NCBI GenBank assembly: GCA_051418015.1
Contig: JBPRGF010000017.1
Coordinates: forward strand, 1 to 64,000
Direction: 5' to 3'
DNA length: 64,000 nt
Origin: Candidatus Nitrospinota bacterium M3_3B_026
GTDB taxonomy: Bacteria; Nitrospinota_A; UBA7883; JBPRGF01
Below the pieces are notes generated by a model that saw only the letters and a program-made list of their open reading frames with translations, had not been told where the DNA came from and ran no database searches. The translations under genes and the position numbers were made by a program. Position 1 is the stretch's first letter. Each line of letters begins with the position of its first letter. Positions 29,978 through 40,092 of the stretch are shown piece by piece.

Positions 29978-30015
29978 TGTAGTTAACAGGAAGCGAACAT
30001 TTTTCGAAAAAAGCG

Positions 30016-30339
30016 ATGGTAGAGTCTTTCGGTATGCAGTACGTGTTGCAGCTCAGCAACACCGTGGAGCGGGCCCAGATGGCCCAGCAACATCAGGCCG
30101 ACGAGGTCTCCCGCGCCTTCGACAGGGAGTTGGAGAAGATCGACAAACGCGAAGGCGACCAGACCCGCGCCACCCGTGAAAGCGAGGAGATCCGCGGCCT
30201 GAGCGATTCCGATCAGCGCAAGGAGAAGCGCTACGCCCGCCGCCAGCCCGGCCCGCATGAGAAGAAGGAAGAGGAGGAGGAGAAAAAGCCCGCCCCCGAA
30301 ACGGCCGACGAAGGCCGCCTGGTAGACGTTATTGTTTAG
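30016..30339 (+). CDS. Hypothetical charged protein (flagellar-locus associated)
   Basis: 107-aa ORF heading the operon, ending GRLVDVIV. Confidence 0.7.
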   Translation: MVESFGMQYVLQLSNTVERAQMAQQHQADEVSRAFDRELEKIDKREGDQTRATRESEEIRGLSDSDQRKEKRYARRQPGPHEKKEEEEEKKPAPETADEGRLVDVIV

Positions 30340-30369
30340 TCCGCCCCTCCGGGCGGTTTATAATTAGCT

Positions 30370-30813
30370 ATGGACCGCTGGACCCTTTTCCAGATACTGG
30401 TAGACATCGCCCTCCTTTTGCTCGTCGCCGGGCTGCTGGCGCGGCAGAGAAAATCGTCAAAAGCGGACGCGCCCGGCCCCGCCGCTGAACCCGCGAGGCT
30501 CTCCGGGGAGGAGATAGCCCAGCTCGAGGCCCTGATGGACGAGCTGGCGCGGCTCGTCGTACGGGCGGAGAAGGTGGCGGACCGCATAGAAAAAAGCTCC
30601 ACCGCCGGCTCCTCTTCCAGGCTGAAAGACGAAAGCGCGGAGCCCGCGCCGAAAAAAAAAGCGGCCACGGAAGTGGAGGACGGCCCCGTTCTGGATGACC
30701 AGCGGTCGAAAGCGTCCGCGCTCATAAAAAAAGGTCTCCCTGACGAGGAGGTAAGCCGCAGGGCCGGAGTCCCCGTCCACGAGGTCCGCCTCATCCGCCG
30801 CATGGGCGCCTGA
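30370..30813 (+). CDS. TM-coiled coil-HTH protein (DUF2802-like)
   Basis: N-terminal TM, coiled coil, C-terminal GLPDEEVSRRAGVPVHEVRLI. Confidence 0.7.
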   Translation: MDRWTLFQILVDIALLLLVAGLLARQRKSSKADAPGPAAEPARLSGEEIAQLEALMDELARLVVRAEKVADRIEKSSTAGSSSRLKDESAEPAPKKKAATEVEDGPVLDDQRSKASALIKKGLPDEEVSRRAGVPVHEVRLIRRMGA

Positions 30814-30820
30814 ACGGGAC

Positions 30821-32065
30821 ATGCTCATAAACAATCTCCCCCCGAGCCTCCTGCAGGCCGCCTTGAAGGCCCTGGGGCCGGAAGGGCAAACAATCGTCTT
30901 CCAGGAGGGGGAGATTATCGAGGGCCGGGTTCTGAAAGTCCTCTCCAGCAGGCAGGCGCTCCTGCGCGTCGGCGGCATGGAGGTAATGGCCCTTACGCCT
31001 TCGGGGCTCTCCGAGGGCCAGGGCATAGTGGGCAGGGTGGAGCGGGTCTCACCGAAGATAACGGTCAGCCTGCTGCGGGGCGAGTCCACGCAGGATGTGA
31101 AGACAACGGAGCTCATAAGGCTTCTCATGCCCGGCAAGACCGAGATCGGGCGCTCCCTCGGCCGCGTAATCGAGGCAGCCGGAGCGGAGGGCCTTGCGCC
31201 GAGGGCGCGGGAGGCGATGAGGACCATGGCCGGGGCGCTCGAAAAGGCCCTCTCGCTCGACATCGGGAGCCTGACGCCGGAAAAAGCCCGCGAGGCGTTG
31301 AAAAACTCCGGGCTTTTCCTGGAGGCCGCCCTCAGGGCCGCCGCTGAAGGGAAGGCGTCAAGGACCGAAATCCGGGCCGCCCTGGAGGCGGACATAAAGG
31401 CCCTCCTCGGAAAGACTCTGGCCACCGTGGAGGAGGAGGTTGGCCGCCTCGCCCGCGAGGTCGAAGGGGCGGTTAAAACGACAGGAAAGGGCGGAGCCCC
31501 CAGCCCGCGGGCCGGCGAAGGAGGGACCGCCGCCCAGGCGGCCCTCATGGACGAGCTCGCCGGAACACGCCAGGCGGCCAGGGAGATCAAGGACGCCGTC
31601 AACAACATAGAGCTCAACCAGCTCATAAACGGCGCCGCCAAAGAAAGCCCCGCCAGGGCAGAAGCGCCCATGATGTACCAGCTGCCCTTTGTCCATGAGG
31701 GCCTCATCCAGACCGCAAGGCTCTACATACAACCCAGGAAAGAGAAGGAAAGCGCGGAAGGAAAGACGGGCAAAAGAAAAGAGACCAGCAGGATAGTCTT
31801 CATGCTGAGCATGAGCAGGCTGGGACCCGTCCGGGTGGACCTCGACGTGAGCCCGAAGCGGATAGGCGGCTCCGTCTACGTCGTGGACGAGGAGGCCGCC
31901 GCCCATGCGAGAAGGCTTTTGCCGGAGCTTGCGGGGCCCCTCGAGGCGGCGGGATACGAGACCTGGATAGAGGTTCGCGCCGCTGGGAAGGATTTTATAA
32001 CCGAACGGATCGAAAACCGGTCCCCGATCCTTGCCGAGCGGGGCCTTATCAGCCTGAAGGTGTGA
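30821..32065 (+). CDS. Flagellar hook-length control FliK-like protein
   Basis: KNSGLFLE, YQLPF, LSMSRLGPVRVD; adjacent to an FlhB-like gene. Confidence 0.7.
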   Translation: MLINNLPPSLLQAALKALGPEGQTIVFQEGEIIEGRVLKVLSSRQALLRVGGMEVMALTPSGLSEGQGIVGRVERVSPKITVSLLRGESTQDVKTTELIRLLMPGKTEIGRSLGRVIEAAGAEGLAPRAREAMRTMAGALEKALSLDIGSLTPEKAREALKNSGLFLEAALRAAAEGKASRTEIRAALEADIKALLGKTLATVEEEVGRLAREVEGAVKTTGKGGAPSPRAGEGGTAAQAALMDELAGTRQAAREIKDAVNNIELNQLINGAAKESPARAEAPMMYQLPFVHEGLIQTARLYIQPRKEKESAEGKTGKRKETSRIVFMLSMSRLGPVRVDLDVSPKRIGGSVYVVDEEAAAHARRLLPELAGPLEAAGYETWIEVRAAGKDFITERIENRSPILAERGLISLKV

Positions 32066-32067
32066 CG

Positions 32068-32361
32068 ATGGCGGAGGACGAGGCGAAAGGGCGCAAAAAA
32101 GCCGTGGCGCTGAAATACAAGTCCGGCGAACAGTCCGCCCCCTCCGTGGCCGCCAAGGGCGCGGGACAGACCGCCGAGAGGATCATAAAAATCGCCAGGG
32201 AAAACAACATTCCCATCAAGGAAGACCCCGACCTCGTGGAGACCCTCTCCCGGCTGGACCTTTACCAGGAGATACCGCCGGAGCTTTACCACGTCATCGC
32301 CGAAGTCCTCGCCTGGGTTTACAGGGTAAACGCGGGCTACGAAGGCCGGGCCGGAAAATGA
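32068..32361 (+). CDS. FlhB C-terminal-like (EscU/YscU/HrcU) export switch protein
   Basis: AVALKY, APSVAAKG, EIPPELYHVIAEVL. Confidence 0.9.
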   Translation: MAEDEAKGRKKAVALKYKSGEQSAPSVAAKGAGQTAERIIKIARENNIPIKEDPDLVETLSRLDLYQEIPPELYHVIAEVLAWVYRVNAGYEGRAGK

Positions 32362-32373
32362 CGGTGGGGCGCC

Positions 32374-33033
32374 CTACCAGGCGTATCCCGCGAAGACGCC
32401 GAAGCTCATATAATCCGCGCTCACGCTCTGCCCGGCGATGTCCATCCTAGCGCCCATGACGGCCCGCGCGCCAGCGCCGATGAGAAAGCCTCCATACACC
32501 CGCGCCCCAGCCTCCAGCGCGACAAAAGCGCCCGCCGCCGACCCCGAGGCGCCGGACGACCTCCCCTGCGACGAAGCGTCCAAAGACATGGAGACAAGCG
32601 CCGCCCCGGCGGAAAGATCGATGAAAAACGGCGGGTGAATCTCGCGCCCCCAGCCCGGGCCGAATCGTATCTCGGAGAAGGACGACGATATGTCATAGCC
32701 GCGCTGGATGGCCCAACCTTGCCCGTCTTTTGCCGCCGTGGCGGAGACGCTCCCCGCCGCCTTCGCCGCCTGGGAATAGCCCGCGACAAAGCGCCAGTCC
32801 CCCTTCCCCACGGCGCCGGACAAACCGAAAACCGTCCGCCCCTCCACCGGCGCCCAGTCGCCGGAGGATAGGCCCAGGGCGCCTCCCTCGAGTTTCAGCG
32901 ACCAGCTCCACGCGCTCCTCTTCTCCGCGGCGGCATCGAAGTCATTATCGGCGGCGAAGGCGCTAACAGGCGCGGCAGTCAGAAAAAGGATTATCAGGGC
33001 GCGCCCTGCCATCCCACTCCGGCGCGCCGTCAT
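32374..33033 (-). CDS. Outer-membrane beta-barrel protein (small, probably 8-stranded)
   Basis: Signal peptide, amphipathic strands, C-terminal VFAGYAW; ATGA-coupled to the S8 gene. Confidence 0.65.
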   Translation of the reverse strand: MTARRSGMAGRALIILFLTAAPVSAFAADNDFDAAAEKRSAWSWSLKLEGGALGLSSGDWAPVEGRTVFGLSGAVGKGDWRFVAGYSQAAKAAGSVSATAAKDGQGWAIQRGYDISSSFSEIRFGPGWGREIHPPFFIDLSAGAALVSMSLDASSQGRSSGASGSAAGAFVALEAGARVYGGFLIGAGARAVMGARMDIAGQSVSADYMSFGVFAGYAW

Positions 33034-34505
33034 CGTTCCTCCGCATCGGCCACGGCGGGGAAGGCGTTTATCCGCCTCATGTCCTTCACGACGCCGCCGG
33101 GGTATGGGTCGTCGAAGCTCTTGGCCGTTGAGCGCAGAATATCGACGATATCCGAAACACCGAGGCCCGGCGCGGCCTGCCGCATGAGGGCGAAGGCGCC
33201 CGCCACGTGGGGCGCGGCCATGGACGTGCCGTGCCATTCCACGACCCTGTTTCCGGGATAGGCGGACCTTATCGAGGAGCCGGGCGCGGCCAGGGTGACG
33301 AAGGAGGCGGTGTTGGAGTAATAGGCCAGGGTGTCTTTTCCATGGGGGCAGTAGTCCTCCTGCCAGCCGTCGCACGTGGCGGCGACGCTGACGGCGGCGC
33401 CGACGCAGGCGGGCTCGGCTATGGCGTCGACATAATATTCATTGCCCGTGGCGGCCACGACAGCTATTCCCGCGGAGCGAAGGTTGTCCATGAAAGGTTT
33501 GTAGGGCGAGCCGTCGCAATAGCCCGTGTTCTCGCCGCCCCCGAGGCTTAAGTTGACGGCGGCGATGCTGTACAAGTCCCGCAGCGAATAGACCCATTCC
33601 ATCCCGGAGAGAACGTCGCTCGTGAACGACAGGGCGCAGGGCGGATCGTCACAGAAGACGCCGCTGTCGAAACGGGTGAACACCTGGACGGCGATGATGC
33701 CCGCGCCATGCGCCACGCCGCGCAGGCCCCATCCTCCGTCGCGCCCCGCGGCTATTCCCGCGACATGCGTGCCGTGGCCGCAGCCGGCTATGTCCATGGA
33801 GCAGTTCAGGCCGCAGCCGGGGCCGGATGTGTCCTGGCATCCCGAATAGCAGACCGACGAGGCGTAGTAAGGATACACGTAGTAGTCGGTGGAAAAACAC
33901 GCCTCGGCGGCGACGGCGCCTGCGAGCATGGGGTGATTCTTGTCCACACCGGTGTCGAGGACCGCCACCGTCCAGCCGGAGCCGTCGACCTCTTCCACGC
34001 GGCTCTCCATGTCGTCCAGAACGATCCCCTGGACGGCCGACCCGCCGCCCGCCGAGTACGAGTCCGGCTCGTTGCGCACAAGCGGCTCGCTCTCGGAAAG
34101 CGACGGCTTCATCAGCCTGTCCTCGTACACCGCCTCCACGTCCCGTGACTCCGAGAGGCGGGCGAGCGCCTCCTCGTCCACGGCGAAGGCTATGAAAGGC
34201 GCCGTGGAGTATCGCTTGACGCCGGATATCCCCGTCCCGTCAAGCTCTTTGAGCAGCCTCGCCTGGGCGGACCTGATCTGTTCGCGCTGGGCCTGCGCGC
34301 GCGCGGCGGCGAGCGCTCCTTCGGGGGCGAAGTCCCTGCCGGTCCTCAGGCGGACGATGACCCTGGCCGATCCGCTTTCCCGGGCGATGTCCGCCAGGCT
34401 GGATATTCCGGACGCGCCGGGAGCGGAGGCTCTCGAGCCCGCCCGGGCCGAATCGGCGGCGATGAACGCAAGGGCCGTCAGCAGACACAAAAACCATAGG
34501 CGCAT
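33030..34505 (-). CDS. Secreted S8 (subtilisin-like) serine protease with propeptide
   Basis: Triad VLDTG, HGTHVAG, GTSMAAP. Confidence 0.93.
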   Translation of the reverse strand: MRLWFLCLLTALAFIAADSARAGSRASAPGASGISSLADIARESGSARVIVRLRTGRDFAPEGALAAARAQAQREQIRSAQARLLKELDGTGISGVKRYSTAPFIAFAVDEEALARLSESRDVEAVYEDRLMKPSLSESEPLVRNEPDSYSAGGGSAVQGIVLDDMESRVEEVDGSGWTVAVLDTGVDKNHPMLAGAVAAEACFSTDYYVYPYYASSVCYSGCQDTSGPGCGLNCSMDIAGCGHGTHVAGIAAGRDGGWGLRGVAHGAGIIAVQVFTRFDSGVFCDDPPCALSFTSDVLSGMEWVYSLRDLYSIAAVNLSLGGGENTGYCDGSPYKPFMDNLRSAGIAVVAATGNEYYVDAIAEPACVGAAVSVAATCDGWQEDYCPHGKDTLAYYSNTASFVTLAAPGSSIRSAYPGNRVVEWHGTSMAAPHVAGAFALMRQAAPGLGVSDIVDILRSTAKSFDDPYPGGVVKDMRRINAFPAVADAEER

Positions 34506-34635
34506 TCTCACCCTCCCCGAAAAGACGAAAACGACGGCTATTAGATTTTCCCGGAAACCAGTATAAAGAATATATACCCAACGCCCATGGACGGGGAGAA
34601 AGAATCTTTTTTTTTTCGCGGGACCCCGGCGGGGG

Positions 34636-34890
34636 CTATTCCTTCGCCGACCCGGAGCGGCCCGGAGGATCCTGCGCGGGGCGGGGGTTTTTTATCAGGC
34701 GGAATCTTTTTTTACGGCCGTCCTCGGGAAGGCCCACGTTCTCCGGCGCGCCCTCATCCATTTCCACGCCGAGGGACTTGAGCACGGCGTCGAGCTTCTT
34801 CTCGAGCCGCACGGACCTTTGGTATCCCTTGTACCGCATCCAGCTGACGAGTATGACCACGATGGTGATGTAAAGCCACTTGACGCTCAT
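34636..34890 (-). CDS. Small single-TM hypothetical protein
   Basis: 84 aa, N-terminal TM + coiled coil, downstream of mqnC. Confidence 0.55.
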   Translation of the reverse strand: MSVKWLYITIVVILVSWMRYKGYQRSVRLEKKLDAVLKSLGVEMDEGAPENVGLPEDGRKKRFRLIKNPRPAQDPPGRSGSAKE

Positions 34891-34954
34891 TTTCCGCGCC
34901 TGTCCCCTCCTTTTCCTGATGAAGGTCTCTTATAGAACATTTCCCGGCGGCGGG

Positions 34955-36040
34955 TCAATCCAGAAGCTCGTAATACATGTTCCTGCGCCGCGGCGTCATG
35001 CCGATATTTTCTATTATGACGCGGATATCCTTCTCCGACATCCTGAAAGAGACCCCCGCCGCCGCGACGACGTTCTCCTCCATCATCGTCGAGCCCATGT
35101 CGTTGGCGCCGAACATGAGCGCCACCTGGGCCACCTTCGGCCCCTGGGTAACCCACGAGGCCTGTATGTTCTTCACGTTGTCGAGGTAGAGCCGCGAGAC
35201 GGCCAGCGTCCTCAGGTAGTCGAACCCTCCCGCGGGATGGACGCCGGTCATCGCCGTGTTTTCGGGCTGGAAGGGCCACGGGATGAAGGCGGTGAACCCT
35301 CCCGTCTCGTCCTGCAGGTCGCGTATCCGGCGCATGCTCTCCACCCTCTGCTCGACGGTCTCCACGTGGCCGAACATCATCGTGGCGGTGGTCCTCATCC
35401 CCTGCCGGTGGGCCTGCCGCATCACCTCTATCCACTCGTCCGCCGAGCATTTGCGGGGGCTGATCCTTTTACGGACGGCGCCGGAGAGTATCTCCGCCCC
35501 GCCGCCGGGGATGGAGTCCAGCCCCGCCGCGGAAAGCCTCGCTATGGTCTCTGCCACGGACAGGCCCGAAAGCTCCGCTATATGCTGTATCTCAGGCGGC
35601 GAGAAGGCGTGGACGTGGACGCCGTGTCTCGACTTTATGTGGCGGAGCAGGTCCTCGTACCACTCGATGGTATACGAGGGATGCAGTCCGCCCTGCATCA
35701 GTATCTGGACGCCGGCGGCGGCCTTCGTCTCCTCTATCTTCCTGTCGATCTCGTCGGGGGAGAGGACATAGCCATCCTCGTCCCCCTCCACCCGGTAGAA
35801 GGCGCAGAAGTCACACCAGGAGACGCAAAGGTTCGTGTAGTTTATGTTTCTGTCTATAACGTAGGTGACGATGTTGTCCGGCTTTACGCGCCTCCTGGCG
35901 GCGTGGGCGGCGCGGCCCATGGACAGAAGATCGCTCGATCTCAAGAGGGCGGAGGCCTCATCGTCGGAAAGACGGCGCGCCCCGGCCGCCGCGCCCTCAA
36001 GCGCCTTTTCGAGGTCGAACACCGCCGCGTCTTCCGTCAT
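34955..36040 (-). CDS. mqnC: Cyclic dehypoxanthine futalosine synthase
   Basis: DRNINYTNLCVSWCDFCAFYR, QGGLHP, IPGGGAEIL, QASWVTQG, GSTMMEENVV. Confidence 0.92.
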   Translation of the reverse strand: MTEDAAVFDLEKALEGAAAGARRLSDDEASALLRSSDLLSMGRAAHAARRRVKPDNIVTYVIDRNINYTNLCVSWCDFCAFYRVEGDEDGYVLSPDEIDRKIEETKAAAGVQILMQGGLHPSYTIEWYEDLLRHIKSRHGVHVHAFSPPEIQHIAELSGLSVAETIARLSAAGLDSIPGGGAEILSGAVRKRISPRKCSADEWIEVMRQAHRQGMRTTATMMFGHVETVEQRVESMRRIRDLQDETGGFTAFIPWPFQPENTAMTGVHPAGGFDYLRTLAVSRLYLDNVKNIQASWVTQGPKVAQVALMFGANDMGSTMMEENVVAAAGVSFRMSEKDIRVIIENIGMTPRRRNMYYELLD

Positions 36041-37317
36041 GACCGTTCCCCATCCCGGCTTTCGCCGCCGCCCCTTTCCTCCCTGAGGTCCAGAAGCTCC
36101 ACGGAGATCACGGCCCTGGGGGTGGCGTCCAGCACGGTGATAAGATACGGGCCTATCGCCATTTTCTCCCTCTTGTTCGGTATGCGTTCCAGAGCGTCGT
36201 TCATGAATCCGCCCAGCGTCTCGTAGTCGCCCGTGGGCAGGTCCAGGCCCAGCTCCTCGTTGATTATGTCCACCTCCATTGTAGCGTCAATTATGTATTT
36301 TCCCTCCTCCAGCCTCTCGTAGAACTTCACCGGGCGGTCATACTCGTCCTCGATCTCGCCCACGATCTCCTCTAAAAGGTCCTCCATGGTGACGATCCCC
36401 ACCGCCGCGCCGTACTCGTCCACCACCACCGCCATATGTGTTCCCTTTTCCTGCATCTCTCTCATGAGGTCGGCGTTTTTCTTGGCGTCGGGCGTGTAGA
36501 GCGGGTCGGTCATGACGGTGTCCACTCTCTCCCCCCGGTCGGGCCAGCGGAGGATGTCGAAGGCGCTTATTATCCCCACTATGTTATATATCCTGTCGTG
36601 GAAGACCGGCAGGCGCGAAAACCCAGTCTCCGCCACCTTTTTCCTCGCCTCCGCCAGCGTGGCGCCGCTCTCCACGGCCACCACCTTCACAAGCGGCCTC
36701 ATGGCCGACTCCACGGAGCTGGACTTGAAGTCGAATATGCGGCTTATCATCTTCTTTTCGTCCTGGGCGATGTCCAGATCTTTACCGGTTATCCTGGCCA
36801 GGGACATGATCTCCTCCCGGGTGGCGAGAGCCGCCTTTATCTCCTCGCCTTTCAGGAAAATCCGCAGCGGCAGCTTGGCCAGAAAGGAGGTCACCACCAG
36901 CAAGGGGGTGAAAACCTTCTGGGCCAGGGCCAGAGGCTCCGCCAGGAGCCTGAGAGCCGTCTCCAACCGCTGGCGGACCAGCATCTTTGGGACTATCTCA
37001 CCCAGCACCAGGGTGACGGGGCCCATGATGATAAAGGAGTAAAGATCGGCCTCTGCGCCGATCCTCTCCGTCATGAAGGCCGTGACGATGGAGGCGGCGG
37101 CGAAGACACACACGTTCGTGCCGACGGAGGTGGTCCCGAAGATTTTGTCCGGCGATCTCAAAAGCCCCTCCACGGTCCTGGCGTATTCGTGGCCGCTCTC
37201 GGCCAGGTGGCGCAGCCTTATCCTGTTGAAGGAGATGAGCGCGAACTCGCCCCCGGAGAAAAAGCCCTCTGCCAGCAGAAAGAAGATGACGAGGACAACG
37301 GTAAGCGACAGGTCCAT
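36037..37317 (-). CDS. CNNM/CBS/CorC (hemolysin-family) membrane protein
   Basis: [34 protein letters not shown]. Confidence 0.9.
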   Translation of the reverse strand: MDLSLTVVLVIFFLLAEGFFSGGEFALISFNRIRLRHLAESGHEYARTVEGLLRSPDKIFGTTSVGTNVCVFAAASIVTAFMTERIGAEADLYSFIIMGPVTLVLGEIVPKMLVRQRLETALRLLAEPLALAQKVFTPLLVVTSFLAKLPLRIFLKGEEIKAALATREEIMSLARITGKDLDIAQDEKKMISRIFDFKSSSVESAMRPLVKVVAVESGATLAEARKKVAETGFSRLPVFHDRIYNIVGIISAFDILRWPDRGERVDTVMTDPLYTPDAKKNADLMREMQEKGTHMAVVVDEYGAAVGIVTMEDLLEEIVGEIEDEYDRPVKFYERLEEGKYIIDATMEVDIINEELGLDLPTGDYETLGGFMNDALERIPNKREKMAIGPYLITVLDATPRAVISVELLDLREERGGGESRDGERS

Positions 37318-37318
37318 G

Positions 37319-38584
37319 TCAGCCCTCCACTTCCTCTTTAAGCCGCACCTTCAGCTCCGTTATCCTGTGCCCCTTCACCCCCTCCACGGTGAAAGAGAAA
37401 CCGTCCGTCTCCACCTTCTCGCCCCACGAGGGCGCGCGGCCGAACAGGTGGAACACGAACCCGCCGATGGTCTCTATCTCCCCGTGGCCGAGGGAGGCGC
37501 CGAACCGCTCGTTGAAGTCCTCCAGCGGAAGGGACGCGGAGACACGGTAGACGTCCTGCGCAAGGCGGGTGACCATGTAGTCCGCCTCCCGCCCGTTCGG
37601 GGCGGACTCGCCGACCAGTTCGGAGATTATGTCCTCCATGGTGACGACCCCCTGCGTCCCTCCGTACTCGTCCATGGCTATGGCCATGTGGGCCTTCCTC
37701 TTCTTGAACTCGCGCAGAAGCTCGCTTATGGTCATCGTCTCCGGGACGATGAAAGGCTCGCGCAGGAGGCTTTTCAGGGTCACGGCTGGGTCCGGCGGAT
37801 ATTCCAGCTTCAGAAGATCCTTCTTGAACAGTATCCCTTCGATGTTGTCGATGTTCTCCCGGTAAACCGGCGCCCTGGCGTAGGGCGATTTCGCCATGAT
37901 GTCCCACGCCTCCTTCAGCGGCGTGTCCACCTCCAGCGCCACAAGGTCCGTCCTGGGGGTCATGACATCCTCCACGGCGCCCTCCCCCATCTCGAAAACG
38001 CCGTGGATCATCTCCTTTTCCTCTTCGGCGATGATCCCCTCCTCGGCGGCCTCCTCCATGAGCGTCTTGAACTCCTCCTCGGTGAACATCCCCCCCTCCC
38101 CCGCCGCGGAGCCGCCCATGAGCCGGACCACGCTGCCTGCAAGGCCCGTCACCACCACCTGGAAAGGGTGTATGGCCCACACGAAGGCGGACAAGGGATA
38201 GGCGGCCAGCAGCGCCCATTTTTCGTTGTTGTGATGGGCCACCGTTTTCGGGTTTATCTCGCCGAAGACCAGCAGCGCGAACGTGCCAGCCCCGAGCGCC
38301 ACCGCAAGACCCGCGTCGCCGAAAAGACTCAGGGCAAGGAACGTGGCCACGGCGGAGATGGCGACGTTGACCAGTTCGTTGCCTATGTAAATGCTGACCA
38401 GCAGCCGCTGGGGGTTGGAAAGCAGCGCGTCCACCTTCGCGCCGGTCCTGCCGCCGGTTTTCTTGAGCCTTTCCCTTGTCATGCGGGACAGGGAAAAGAA
38501 AGCCACTTCGCTGCCGGAGAAGAACCCGGAAACGAAAAGAAGCCCTATCAGCAGGAAAAACCTGGGATATAACGAGTCGTCCAT
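37319..38584 (-). CDS. CNNM/CBS/CorC (hemolysin-family) membrane protein
   Basis: FFSGSEVA, GEINPK, MTPRTD, MDEYGG. Confidence 0.9.
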   Translation of the reverse strand: MDDSLYPRFFLLIGLLFVSGFFSGSEVAFFSLSRMTRERLKKTGGRTGAKVDALLSNPQRLLVSIYIGNELVNVAISAVATFLALSLFGDAGLAVALGAGTFALLVFGEINPKTVAHHNNEKWALLAAYPLSAFVWAIHPFQVVVTGLAGSVVRLMGGSAAGEGGMFTEEEFKTLMEEAAEEGIIAEEEKEMIHGVFEMGEGAVEDVMTPRTDLVALEVDTPLKEAWDIMAKSPYARAPVYRENIDNIEGILFKKDLLKLEYPPDPAVTLKSLLREPFIVPETMTISELLREFKKRKAHMAIAMDEYGGTQGVVTMEDIISELVGESAPNGREADYMVTRLAQDVYRVSASLPLEDFNERFGASLGHGEIETIGGFVFHLFGRAPSWGEKVETDGFSFTVEGVKGHRITELKVRLKEEVEG

Positions 38585-38646
38585 ATTCTCGGCGGCAAGA
38601 CCGCCAGGCCCTGTTCCTCCAGAAAAAGCGGCCGCGGGGCCACCGA

Positions 38647-40092
38647 TCAGGAAACCCCCGCTCCCTCGAGATCCTCGAGCTCTATGCTCTCCACCTCGCC
38701 GAACTCCGACAGGGGCTTGTCGAACCCGGACTGGTCGCCCACCACCACTATCTTGAGCGCGCCGGGCCTGAGGTACTCCCGCGCCACGCGCAGCACATCT
38801 TCGGCGTTCACCTCCATTATTCTGTCCCGGTAGGTCTCAAGGTAGTCATCCGGGTAATCGTAGTAATCCACCGTCAGCCGCTGGCTCATCAGCCGCTGGG
38901 GGGTGTCGAAGATGAATATAAAAGAGTTCACGATAGAGTCCTTCGCCCGCTTTAGCTCCTCGGGGATGACCTTTTCCTCACGGATCCTGCGCGCTTCCTC
39001 GAGCATCAGCCGTATAGTCTTCGCGGTGCTCCCGGTCTTCGTCTCCGCCCCCAGCCTCACGCTGCCGATCTCCATCCGCCCGCCGAAGTGGTAGGACCAG
39101 ACGGAGTAGGCCAGACCGTGGTCCGTCCGCACGGTCTTCACCAGCCGCGAGGAAAAACCGGAGCCGCCCAGGATGTGGTTCATTACCCTGAAGGCGAAAT
39201 AGTCCGGGTCCGTCCTGCGAAGGGCCAGATGTCCCATGCGGATGACGGACTGCCCGAGGCTCTTCTCCGCGACGTACACGCCTCCCTTGCCCTTCTCCTT
39301 CGCGGGCTCCACGGCGGGATACTCAGGGTCCGGCCCGCTCCACCCGGCGAAGACCTCCTCCAGCCTGGCGATTATCTTCTCCTCGTCGAAATCGCCAGTC
39401 ACGCCGAGGATGAAGTTCTGGGGGACGAAGTATTTTTCGTGGAAGGCCATCACGTCCTCACGGGTAATGGATTTCACCGACTCGGTGGTCGGCGTCCGCC
39501 CGTAGGGCGTCCCGGCGTAGAGCAGCTCCCGAAGCTCTCTCGACGCTATCTCCTGCGGGTCATCGTTCTGGCGGCGGATGGAATCGAGCATACGCGCCCT
39601 GGCAAGCTCCAGCCTGTCCTCGTCGAAGGCGGGGTTTCGTATCACGTCGGCGAAAAGCTCCAGCCCCACGCCGATGTCCCTGGACAGGACCGAGAGCATG
39701 GCGCTGCCGCTCTCCTCCCCTATGGAGGTCTCCACGGAGCCGCCGATCATCTCCAGCCTCTCGTCCAGATCCTCCGGCGGCAGAGTTTTCGTCCCGCCGG
39801 AGCGGATGGCCGCGCCGGTCAGGGACGCAAGGCCCGCCTTGTCCTCAGGCTCCCACCTCGCGCCGACGCGGATCATCGCCGCCACGTTGAAGACGGGAAG
39901 CTCGCGGTCCGGCAGCAGGTGGACGGTCATGCCGTTGCTCAGCGTCACGCGCTTCGTCTCCGGTATCCGTGTTTTTATTGGGGGGTATTCAAGCTCTGCC
40001 AGCGAAGGCTCTTTGCCCGCCCCCGGCGCCGCGCATGAAAGCAGCGCCGCGGCGGCCAGCGAAAGCGAGAACGCGGCCACGGCCCTAATCAT
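38647..40092 (-). CDS. M16 peptidase, non-catalytic subunit, probable lipoprotein
   Basis: Lipobox LLSC, LSNGM, GLASLT (no HxxEH), SSRL..VR..GLAY. Confidence 0.87.
   Translation of the reverse strand: MIRAVAAFSLSLAAAALLSCAAPGAGKEPSLAELEYPPIKTRIPETKRVTLSNGMTVHLLPDRELPVFNVAAMIRVGARWEPEDKAGLASLTGAAIRSGGTKTLPPEDLDERLEMIGGSVETSIGEESGSAMLSVLSRDIGVGLELFADVIRNPAFDEDRLELARARMLDSIRRQNDDPQEIASRELRELLYAGTPYGRTPTTESVKSITREDVMAFHEKYFVPQNFILGVTGDFDEEKIIARLEEVFAGWSGPDPEYPAVEPAKEKGKGGVYVAEKSLGQSVIRMGHLALRRTDPDYFAFRVMNHILGGSGFSSRLVKTVRTDHGLAYSVWSYHFGGRMEIGSVRLGAETKTGSTAKTIRLMLEEARRIREEKVIPEELKRAKDSIVNSFIFIFDTPQRLMSQRLTVDYYDYPDDYLETYRDRIMEVNAEDVLRVAREYLRPGALKIVVVGDQSGFDKPLSEFGEVESIELEDLEGAGVS

Noticed and set aside
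32374..34505. S8 protease + barrel as a frameshifted autotransporter
   Set aside because: The barrel ORF has its own signal peptide and is too short for a 12-stranded autotransporter domain
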